Source: Ascidiella aspersa
Lineage: Eukaryota
Direction of reading: 5' to 3'
DNA: 64,000 nt
Assembly: GCA_963924565.1 (NCBI GenBank)
Contig: OZ004608.1
Coordinates: 15,314,001 to 15,378,000 of the forward strand
Made by a program: the position numbers and the translations under genes. Within the stretch, counting starts at the first letter, position 1. The number at the start of each line of letters is the position of its first letter. The notes beneath the pieces were generated by a model. It worked only from the letters and a program-made list of their open reading frames with translations, did not search any database and was not told the DNA's origin. Shown in pieces: positions 40,501 through 51,700 of this stretch.

Positions 40501-41439
40501 TCTAAAAACACACCGTGAAATAAAACATGATAATAATGTTTACTATTAGTGTTCTATTATTTTAAAATATCCGCATTGAAGTGTTGTAGCAATTTATTTT
40601 GAACTGACTTAAATCGTTGGACAAATCTTTTTGGTAAAATTATGAAGACCAAGTCAAGACGTTTTGCGAAAACTAGGTGATTTTTATATCATTCCCTAGG
40701 TGTTTTTTTTATATAATTCCCTATGTTACTGAGGTAATGGGCTTAACGATAAATGCTCCCTTAGAGCTTTTGGATCCCTACTTATAGTTTGCAGTAATAT
40801 TCTGTCGTTTTTTGCAGGTTCACTGGGGAGTAAAGGGTATCGTCAAGAGCACGAACGGAACAGCCTTACACGACGCAGTTATCCACGTTAACGGCATCGA
40901 CCATGACTTGACAACAAGTACACGCGAATTTGTATAGATGACAAAGTATAACCTATAAGTGAACAGAAAGTATTTAGGAAAGTATGGGAGAGAGACTAGG
41001 GAACTTGTTTAGTATTCATATCAGAAATAAAATTAAAGTCGTTTAAAATCCATCCAACCTCAAAAGACAGCGCTGTATCGTATAATCATTATAAAAATCT
41101 AAAATTATTAGCTTATTCAACACAAGTCAGGTTTGATTACAACTTTCCTTCTTGTATTGGTCCTAAAGAACAACCTGCACATTTTACCACCTTTTATGTC
41201 TCAAACAGCGCACCTAGGTGAGTATTGGAGGCTTCTGAGTCCCGGTACCTACCTTGTAACTGCCAAACACGACGGATTCAGACCAACGCATAAAACCATT
41301 GTCGTCAGTCTTGCAGAAGAGGTGAGTATTGCTGATAAAATTACCGAGGATTTTTAACAACCTCATTTCATGTTCTTTTTTGGTTTTTAAGGCTCAGCGC
41401 GTCGATTTCACACTGAGGGAATACTTGGAGTTAAAGTAA
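34506..41439 (+). CDS. CPZ: Carboxypeptidase Z-like (Frizzled CRD + M14B carboxypeptidase + transthyretin-like domain); signal-peptide exon uncertain
   Basis: Exons 34506-34623, 34969-35059, 35291-35400, 35695-35807 encode a Fz-type CRD ([21 protein letters not shown]; [16 protein letters not shown]; [14 protein letters not shown]). Exons 37164-37276, 37574-37741, 37961-38113, 38183-38347, 39001-39213, 39553-39652, 40293-40432, 40818-40917, 41209-41321, 41392-41439 encode [49 protein letters not shown] and GEYWRLL. Zinc ligands and the catalytic Glu are intact. Confidence 0.9.
35821..36260. mobile_element. hAT-type MITE in a CPZ intron
   Basis: TIRs caggggcggatccagg / cctggatccgcgtctg; TSD atttagta / atttaata. 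Confidence 0.87.
36388..36480. repeat. Tandem duplication, 46-bp period x2
   Basis: tgccaactggctacgactgattacaggcctataaagtaattgtttt repeated exactly. Confidence 0.93.
38544..38822. mobile_element. hAT-type MITE in a CPZ intron
   Basis: TIRs cagtgcttccca / tgggagcactg; perfect TSD ctctaaaa. Confidence 0.9.
39930..40241 (+). mobile_element. 5'-truncated Penelope-like retroelement in a CPZ intron (sense to host)
   Basis: 12-bp direct repeat attatgaatatt (39930-39941 / 40230-40241), leader ctgttgctaccaggcat, perfect 24-bp inverted repeat (39965-39988 / 40210-40233), ORF end [18 protein letters not shown] (stop 40044-40046), T-rich UTR and hammerhead. Roughly ten substitutions versus the 53-kb copy over ~240 nt. 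Confidence 0.88.
40149..40190 (+). ncRNA. Minimal type I hammerhead ribozyme (GUU triplet)
   Basis: ACC-CTGACGA-A-GGCGGCTT(gtat)AGGTTGCC-GAAA-CG-TT-GGT: core, 8-bp stem II with G-U pairs, stem I ACC/GGT, palindromic ACGT in place of stem III. Confidence 0.87.
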
Positions 41440-42700
41440 TTTGCTTTTTACCTTTGTGTGATTGTGTGCTGTATGTTTTGGATTATTTGTACATCACATG
41501 TTATATCATAAGCCGTTTATTCCGTTCGAAGATTGCACCGACAATACTTATTTCGAAATGGTGCTAACCAATAAATGTCGCAATATGTTCCTGCTCGTGT
41601 ATTTCATTGCTATTTGGAATAAAAAAAATTCCATACAACACGTAAAACTAGGTTACAATAAGTAATTATTGTTTACAAAACTGCATATGTATTTCGCCGT
41701 ATTAATTATAATTAGTGACAACATAATTTTCTGCTAAAAATGAAATATGATGTCTTAAGCACCTTTAGGCAAAAGGTTTGACATTTTAAATACATGTAAA
41801 TGCCTTTACTCATCTGGCGCTGTTTTGTATGCTTGCTTAACGCTATCTTATTTTTTGTTGTTGTTCCTCTGATTTGTTTTTTACGCATTTAAATATTAAA
41901 TATGAAGTGTGAAAAATATTTAGTTGATTTCTGATAAGCAGGTTAATAACATGCCTAAATTTTTCTAGTAATTTTTTAATCACTGTTTACCGTTTAGCTA
42001 TTCTATCTATTTTGTTGCATATTTTTTTACCTGAGTAACGAATATTGCTTGGATGAACTATACTTTTATTTATTTTATTCCGATACCGATACCCTGTTAT
42101 TTTGACAAATATATCGCGATTCGACCTTAGGCCTATATCAAATTGCAGCATTGCTATGCTTAAATAAGATCTTTTGCCATGTTGTTTGCTAAAACGTTTA
42201 GTTACAGTACTTTTAGTTGTAAAGTGTAAACCTACTATTTTTTGATAAATTTACCTTATAAGATTGATTTGCTATGTTGGATCGTAAATCATGGCTGACA
42301 CTTCTTTAATAATTTGGTATGGGATTGGCACAGATACCAGCTTTGTATCAGACGAATGCACTTTGATTGCTTAGATTTACCTAAAGTAAGTTCAAGGTAC
42401 AAGTACATTTTTGTTGTTATCACCGTTTTTCTCAACCCTCACTGGTTTTTGCCTTCAAACGAACCACTAGCAAACAAAAACATACAAACTTCACGTTCTA
42501 TGGAATAAATTATCCAACGCTATACGGTTTCACATCGGCGTGGGCTTAAATCCAACATGCGCGCGAACGAAACAAGGTTCAAAACGAGCAAAATAAATAA
42601 AAATGCATTTGTGTAACAAACGAAAAGTAAGACGACACCGCTCATGACGTCGACGAGTGAAAAAACAAAAAACGAAGGCGGTACAATTGGTTGATTGCTG

Positions 42701-45700
42701 TTATAACGCGCTACCTCGCTTATTTACAACCTCCTTTTGCATTTCGCGACCTGAATTTGCAAGGCCCTTCATTTCAATGCCGTTTTTAAGTTTGTCGCTG
42801 TTGAAGTTCTGCAGGGCTTTGGTGGCGGCCTGCTGCCTGCTTTCGAACACTTTTGTCTCGGATGTGGTCGTGCTGGCCGACGGCTTCTCAGTCGTCTTTG
42901 CTGGCTGGGTTTTCGTGGGTAGCGAAGTCTTGGGTCGCATTTCCGGCGTCTTTTCTCCGGTTGTTGTCCTTTGCTGCACACCCGTGGACGTGCTAGGCCT
43001 TCCGGCTAGTCCCTTACCTTCGCTGCTTTCCTTGTTGTTATTGCTGTTGCTGACCTGTGGTTTGGAAGCCGCCCTAGAAGGCTTGGGAGTTGTGGCGTCG
43101 CTTTTCGCCAAAGTGGAAAGCCCGCGTGCCTTGGCCGAACCGATACGTCTCACGGTTGGCTTACTGGTGTTGCTATTGTTCACGTTTGTAGCGGCGTCGC
43201 CAGCAATCGGCGCAGTAACCTGGATCGAGTCCGTTTTCTCAGGCGGAATGCCGGTTTGTTTTTCTTTAGCGCTTTTGTCTAAGGTTGGTTGTTTGGAATC
43301 CCTTGACTCGGTATTCTCGCTTGGTGCTTTGGACGCTGATCCGAGATAGTCGTCAGCCTTTTGAGAGGCACCTTTCGCTTGCGCGTCTGTCGATGATGCT
43401 CTTTCTTGCTCTTGTTTTACTTCGGAAGGTGACTTTGCGTTGTCAGTCGCTGTCGTTTCCTTTGAATTCGATTCGCCAAACGGAATTTTCATTCCGGCCG
43501 CTAAACTTTGAACAAGTGAAGCAGCGCTAGATGCACCAGTAACCACCTTAACAGGCTTTTTAGCTTCCGCCGGTACATCAGCAGTTTCCTGACCCTTGTC
43601 GTACGGTAATACGAGGTCACCGACGCCCTCCATACGATGAAGGGTGGCTTCGGTTTTTACTTTGGATTTTGAAGGCGCCATCAGTTGAAGGGTGTGGGAT
43701 TTGAGATTGTGATCCGACGGCTCTTTTCGTCGCCTGGCAGAAAACGCCTTCCAAGCATCCTATGCAAAAGGGGCTATGCTGATGACATTTTGCTGACGAT
43801 TTTAACCAAACTTACAAACGCCTAAAATCCATGTGTCATTTTTATCTATGCCATGTATTTTTTCTAATGTGCATCGAATTCCAACTGGAATGAACACTGC
43901 TTGATGATGCCAGTTAAGTAGAAAATAAAAAAACAAGGTTTACCCAAGTATATGCAAATTCCGATCGGTTATTTTAAACTTCGAGTTAAACATGCCATCA
44001 GTACAGCCTTTTTTTAAATTGCAAGTGGTACCTTTGGAAAGAGTGACGTTTAAAACTTAAAAAAACTTTCGAAAGAGCATTTGAGTCTGGCGTGACCACC
44101 CGACTACATTCTATAATTAGTTTCCGCCAAAGATTTGCGATAAACATTTTTTTGGCCGCAATACTATGTCAAGATTGTGCAAAATATATACGCCAGAAAG
44201 GACTATCTACTTTCACACCAAATGAGGTTTGTCGGCAAGTAGTTCAAGCCAAAGATGCGAAAAAGAGACTTGAATGCAACCGGGACCGGCCAAACTACAC
44301 ATAACACCCCCATTTAGGCGATTACCATCTCTCACCTGAATGACTTTGGCGGCCCTTATTTGCTGTCGCAGCACGAGCGTGGTGGTTTCTGCCTTGAGGG
44401 TCTTTCGGTTTGGGAAGGACTTGAGGAGTCGCTCCTCCGCCTCCTGGCGCATCTCCTCTGATATCTCGACCTCTCCTAGGATGCGCTTGACCAACGCGAA
44501 GAGGACGTCCAGGCAGTGGACCTTGTCGCCGTAGAGAACCGGCAGATCGAGGGCGCCTATTTTCACCTGTTCAAAAATGCGGTTGTTGAAAAAAGTGCGT
44601 TTCTGCGTGACTGCTTTGTTTAAACACTTTTTTGGAAGTCAAACGTAAAGAGGAGGACTTGGAAACATGTGCCTGATATCGATAACGTTAAATGATTATA
44701 TTGTTATACCTTTATACACTTTCCTTGAACGTATGGTTATCCAGGTTAGCAAACGCTTGCGAAATGCCTATTTATCATCCAAACTACAATTTTCAGATAA
44801 GTAATTTTATTTTTCGTTCGCGCTGAAATTAAAATACGCCAAGTGGGCTTTGACAAGAAACAAATTCATGCGCGATACGGTCGGAACAGCGATGCGCCCA
44901 ATGGACCTTCCAGTCAGCTGCACGGTAAGGCAAAATTAAATTAAAATAAGGCTATATAGCACATAAAAAGTGAATACATATAAGTTAAACGATTTGAGAC
45001 AAAACTTCCAATTGTAATAAGAAGTGAATACATATAAGTTAAACGATTTAAGACAAAACTTCCAATTGTAATAAGGACGCATTGCAAGCTTTAAACGTTT
45101 TCTTTATTTCTGTTTTTTCTTACAGCTGCATTTGTCGAACAAGTTAATTCGAGCTCACCAGATTTGGTTTGGGAAGTTGAAATGGTGGATGGAGGTCGTG
45201 AAGTAGGTTGGATAGCTCGGTTAGGGTGACGAACTGGGTGGCCCTGGGGTCGTAGCGGCCCCACACCATGTAGAAGGTCTCGAAGTCACCCTGGGACACG
45301 CCGCTCTCGTCCTGCTTGAAGATCTCGTGGAAGTTTTCCAGGATGATGGCGATGTACATGTTGACGATCACTGAACAGAAACGTTGTTTTAAAGATGAGG
45401 CCCGTTTTGGTAAAATAATCAAGTTTGGCAATAATGCTCTTGTTTAGGAAGGTATTTGAGGCGTGATAATTCAGGTGTGTTATTTAATAATAATGCTCTT
45501 GTTAGATAGGTATTTTAGGTGTACTAGTTAAGGTATAGGATTTGATATTAATGCTTTTGTTGAATAGTTTTATTATAACACAAAATGTTTTTGTTTCCAA
45601 AGATAAAAATTCACAACATTTTTTTCCTTTAACCTCGCGGCCAAGCTATAACGTCTGTTTAAAGGATATTTTCAATATATTTTACAAATTTATTATTCTA

Positions 45701-48700
45701 AAACATATCGTTTACTAAATGCCCCTAATATCTTATTGCCTGCTATAATAAAAAAATATCGATGACTAAATAATATTATTGTGATTTCGGTGCAGACCCA
45801 ACGTAAAACTATTTTACATTTAGACCTATAGTGGTAGTTTCTTTCCGTGGTCGCGTAACCTAAAACACTGGCATAGGCAATTACACATATCCACTATAAA
45901 GCCCTATTCACGGCTTGTTGGTGGGTTTTTTTGCGACTAAGTCACAGTTTGCACGTCCAATCCGCACAGACCATCTAATAACTAAGTACCATGCAGCGTA
46001 AAAATAGCAAATAAACGTAAGGCGAAACTGACCTAGAAAGACGACGAAAATGAAGACAACAAAGTAGATGACGGCTCCGATCGGTTCGCCGCAGTCGCCG
46101 TGGTAGTCGCCGACGGCGGCGGTGCAGTTTCGGGTGTTCATTAAGGGCTCGAGCACGTCGTTCCATCCGGCCGAGGTAACGAGCCGGAAAAGCACCATGA
46201 GCGAGTTGCCGAAAGTCTGGAAGTTCACCAGGTCGTTGAGCGCGCCTTCGAGCTTGACGTGCATGAACATCGTCATGCCTGGCGGAAAATGTCAGGTTAA
46301 TGGGATTAATATTAGCATTGTACGCTGCGCCGTTCACCAAAGGGTTTTATCGTGTAAATGGAATACGGTTTTCTGCTTTGGCGATGAAACGGGACACAGA
46401 AAAAAAGGCGATTTCGCACGAAAAGCCAATCAACCTTTTATAAAATTAAAGTGCTGAACAGTTCAAGTCTTAAAGTTTGTGGTAAGATCAGCCCTCGTGT
46501 GGTCAAGTTTTTTCTTTCAATCGAAAAAAATCACGTTTTACTATCAAGTTATTATCTGGCCTGGTAATGGGTGTCACATTTATTGCTCAATTTGTCTATA
46601 ATTCCTACCTCTAAAAAATAAGTATTTTTGGAAAACTAAGTTTTAATTTTACTCTCGCTAGGCAGGTGTAGTGACATACTGCAATGTTATAGGTAAAATA
46701 TATAACATTTATAACCTTTTTGTCATCCACAACAATTGTTTAAAGACCCCTGAATGTAATTTATTGCATATAGTTTCTAAAAGCAATCCACATTGTTTGT
46801 GAGGTAGAATGTTGAACATTTCACGTCATTTCGTAATAACATTTTGTGGTGTAAATTCATGTTAAGTCTATCACAAGCATTACCAGTATTTTGGCCAAAT
46901 TCACAGTTTAGCAGATTCCTTCAGCATAAAAATTAAACCAACGAATAACGAACACAAGGTTAACTGCAAAACTCGTTTAGGTTACTTACCAAGAATGGCG
47001 AAAATAACCATGAAAACGCTTAGAAGAACCGCGATGTTAAAAAGTGCCGGGATGGAGATCATTAGGGTGAGCACTAAACGGCGGATCCCCCGGGCGGCGC
47101 GGACCACGCGCAAAACGCGGAAAACACGGAAAACACGGACGACACGAAGTAGTGTGGGCGACACGATGAAGGCAATCAGACGCTCCAAGATGAAACCTGC
47201 CATACATTTCGTTAGGATCTGTGCATATAGTTCGTTGTTTTACCTATATTGTCTGAATTTGCCCACATTGACACAGTCCGCCACTTTGGGTATTAGGCCT
47301 ATAACCTATGAGGGCACAACACGTTTAGAGCAGTGATTCCCAAACTTTTTTGATTCGCGGCATACTAAAATATCTTAAATATTTCGCGGCACACTTTTAA
47401 CAGAACATTAATAGAGTCATTTTACAATCGCCAATAACACACGACAAACTAAATGTAAATGTCTCAATATGATTAATTTGTAATGGGTGGTGCGTATTTA
47501 AGTCTAAAATGTTTTCGTTGGTAATACAAATACTATACGTTCCGAAATTACAAAAAAGTTTCGCGGCACACTTGACAATCTCTAGAGACACACAGTTTGG
47601 GAATCAATGTTTTAGAGCGTCACTGTTGCGTATATCAGGCCACAGCCCCTCACCAGTAATTGACACGACGACCACCAACATGTCGAAGACGTTGAACACG
47701 TCGCGGAAGTAGTAGTAGCGCATCCCGATCAGCTTTAAGATCGCCTCGATGCCGAACATAGTGGTGAAGGTGATGTCGCTCACACGCAGCGCCAACACCC
47801 AGGTGTCCGACATCTTGTAGTGCTCCATGCTTAGCGTGGCCATGTTAAGCACGATGAGGATAAAGACGGCAAGCTCGAAGCGGCTGTTGGTCACCAGCTT
47901 GAAGAACTTTAGCTGGAACCAGTTCTGAAACGAGACCGACATTGTGTTTCGCATATTTTCGAAAAGTGTAGACAAAAATGTTATCGGTTTTATCAAAACA
48001 TTTAATGGCTGCAGTTCAGGCGCACAAAATATCTATCTACATCAAGTTATCTGGTATACCAAAAACCGACTCTATTTTTGAATTTAAAAGGAGGAAACGT
48101 TCGAGAATGTTTATTTACAGCAAATTGTGTTGTGCAGCAAAAATGGTATAGCACACACTTGAGTAATAAAATGTAAATAATATAGAAGGAACAACATGGG
48201 TAAGCCGAAGGTGGTTGAGGAAAGTTATACTTGTTTTTTTTTGCAAAAAAAACTTGTTTCCTGTTGAGTGAGAAAATCAGTTGTAACTTTCAAAAAGTTT
48301 GGAATTATTATTTGCCCCATGTACTGCCCTTTTTAAGCGTAACTTGTGGCTTATTTTTTGCCTGCTATAAAAAAATTCGACAAACCCTCATAATGTAGTG
48401 GAGACAAGTTTATAAAAAAAAGTTATTATTCATTTACCTCAGGTGGTGGAATCGTTTTTTTCGGCTTTCTGTTCAACATTGTTCTCATTGTTTTATAGAA
48501 CTGCTTCTGAGAGTCCGTCAGAAGGGTTTCCACAGCTGAATTAGAATCCGTCTAGTAACAAAACAACCATTTGAGGACTATTTAAGTTAAAATGGTTCGT
48601 AATTTAAAAAAAAAAGTTTTAATGTTTACATTCCTAAATGCTCCTAGTTTCTCAAACGAGAGGGCAGTATGACGAAAATACAACAATATGGCAAAAGTAT

Positions 48701-51700
48701 TGACACCTTACAGTGAAAGTTCCTATCTCATAAGGCGAATGGCCTTTTTATCTACTTATTTGTTTGGGAATTTTTCGAATTGTTTAACAGATTTTTAGAA
48801 AAGTACGGTTTAGTGTTAAAATCGCACAAAACAAATATAGGTAAGTTGCAAGAGGATGAATGGTTAATTGATCAATTATTTTATAAGCATTTCTTGACCA
48901 CTAATAAGTGCCACTTTTTGTCAATATGAGCCGAAAAGGAACATTGTACCAATGACTAGAGTATTAAACAAACAGATGAGTTAATACGTATAGTGGGGTA
49001 AGTCGTTAAGGCTTTCTACATCACTTAAACTTGGATTAACCTCGGTGAAAGGTTTTCAGATTGAGTTTTTTTACAATTGCTTATCACAGTATTTGCGGCG
49101 GTTATCGATAACAAGGCTTTCCAACTGGCTCCCTACCAACTATAACAGCACTTTACTCGGAAGTCTGTTCAACACACCGACCTGCTTGCTGAGCTTCTGA
49201 AAGCTCTCAATGATCACACCGACGATCAGGTTGAGAATGAAGAAGGATCCTATGAGTACGAAGATCACGTAGAAGATGGTGCTGTACTGGGAGCGATCTC
49301 GAACCGGTTGCATGTTAACTCCCGCCACATCGGTAGACTGCGCCATTATTTCGATCCAACCCTCGAACGTCGCCTTTATTTGAAGCGGTACAATCATTGT
49401 TCAAATATATTGGGGTTTCTGTTTGAATTAACCACTAATAATCTAACGACTCTAACCCTTGGAAAGTTTTTATTTCTAGATAGTATGTAAGTTTTTTTAT
49501 TTTATAGAATCTAGAGACTAATACGACTTTTACGTACACTTTTTGTAAGCGGTGAAAATGTGTTTTCCTACAGTTCCAATGCTTTGTTCAACGGGCAGTG
49601 ACTTAATTGATGTCGTTTTTTCTGCTGTTTTTCTGTCTTGTATTAAATTTCAGTTTCATTGTTTTTCAAATTTACAAATGATTGTTGAACGTTATTGGTA
49701 TATGTGACATATAGATGTGAAACTGTATTCTGTAATGCCTTTTCAAAATCGCCATTTCAGCCAATCAGACACTAAAAAGTACGGACACAGATAGATAAGA
49801 TTTTCTATTATATTCCATAAAATAAACTTTTACACCAAGATACAGCACCACTCGTTTAAAATTAAGTTTTTTTATCGTTATACCATTACGGGACGCAGTG
49901 GCAAGCAATGCAGATTTTACAATGCCTAAACTACCCGGCTGCAGCGGATGTTTATCGCGACATCGCCTTGACCTTTGTGCAAAATGTCGCGACATTGATT
50001 AAAATCTTATTCTCGAGCCAACGCTGCGTTGTCGTAGGTCAGGTCGCAAAACCTACAACAATGCACACCCGAATAGCTTCACCGTTTTCCATTTGGAACA
50101 CAAAAAAATGGCCCCGAGAGACTATTTGTTGTACTACCAGGGTCTAAGTGACTGACCAGCCTAATTACAAACTTTGGTTTCACACCCGGACGTCTGGAAA
50201 CTTACCACTTGAAACAATGCGACCATGGCGTTGGCGACGTTGTCGAAGTTGATGTTACTATTCACCCAAAAGTAGTTGTTCGAAATACACTGCGTCATGT
50301 TCACTATTTTCGGATCTGTCACGTCGTTGTTGGAACCATCAACACATCTAAAAACAAATACGACAACGCGTCTTAGAAGCGGTATTAAAAGCCTAGATAC
50401 GACGTTAGCGACAAAACAATCGTTTAAAGGCAAATTCCCCAAATGCTGTTAGCTTTGGAGCATATAGGTTGAAGGTTTTTGTTGGACGTAGAACAAATCT
50501 AAGCCCAAATAGAAGCAGTAACGTTTTTTGTACGTTTCGAATAATTCTTATTCATTTTTACCTTTGTTAGCTAGTTTCGGTTTAATGAGTAAACATGACA
50601 AGCCAATGCGACATTTTTCTGTTTTCAATAAACCGGATATTATGGACCAGATCTCTATTTTCGGTTATTCAATGCGATCTATTCCTATAAAAAACTACCA
50701 GTTAAGCGAACCTCAAAAAGGCCTAATTTTGTTAATTTAACAACTTTATTTTAGGGAAGTTGAACCTTTGGAAGCCCTCGCTATGTGTTTCTTACCTTGT
50801 TCGTTGTTATTGAACCGCACATGCCCCAATGCAAAAGGAGCGAAGGCCAAGATAGCCTGTCGCTTTACCAATATAACAAAGAAGGCTGGGTTATAGTGAC
50901 TTACCTAAAAAACTGACCCTTAAAGAACTGGACCCCCATGATGCCGAACACGAACCAAATGAGCATGCACACGCAAAGCACGTTTCCGATTGAAGGTATA
51001 CAGTAAATCAAGGCGTTCACCACGACCTGTCAAAAAAATTATTTTTATAAAAAACCTTGATTTTTAAAATAGGCCAACAAAAAGTATTATATATTCACGA
51101 TAGAAGGTGTTGTGCGCCTATAAAAACAAAACAGCAGTGGTTTTAACGATGCGGGCGAGCATTGGTTTTCCCTCCTTTAACTTCCTTGGAATCATTGGGA
51201 AACTGCAACAGTTTTAACATAAGGAAAAATACAGACCCACTGTGTTACAGAATTATGGTGAAAGCCTAGCACTTGGTTAACAGGCATCTGTGAAAGGAAA
51301 TCGCCTGAATTATGGTAGGATAAGTATATAGATGCCGGGCCGTAAAATGTGTGAGAAACATGCTGGGGAAAATAACTGCTGGTTTACACATAACTGTACA
51401 AGGGCTATAAATGTAAAGCATTTTAATTACTATTCAATTGATATTCTACAGCAAATCGGGCATAAGGCATTTAATATCGCTCGCGCCTGGCAGACTCCGC
51501 ATTTACCTTCATTCCCTGCCACCGAGAAACGGCTCGGAGAGGTCGGAATGCCCGAAAGGCTCGCAGCACACGGAATTGAGACGCCTGGGTGGACACGAAA
51601 ATGCTGGCCCAAGACGCCTACAAAATTAGACTGAGTGATTAATAATTAACGACCCAAAACCACAAACGGTGAAATGTTGAAGACCGGGAGCTCACATCCT

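Noticed and set aside
42657-43349. 230-aa hydrophobic + strand ORF
   Set aside because: Antisense shadow of the channel's last exon; no independent motif or ATG context.
36388-45075. CRISPR-like arrays or prokaryotic operon systems
   Set aside because: Eukaryotic spliced genes throughout; the repeats are two-copy tandem duplications without spacers.
47397-47591. Similar peptides here and at 57066-57290 (ILDLNTH..ETFT.SLSCV)
   Set aside because: Shared MITE interior, not a protein family.
50348-50904. Possible U12 AT-AC intron as in vertebrate Nav domain III
   Set aside because: Donor is a standard gtaagt with an AG acceptor; no RTATCCT consensus.
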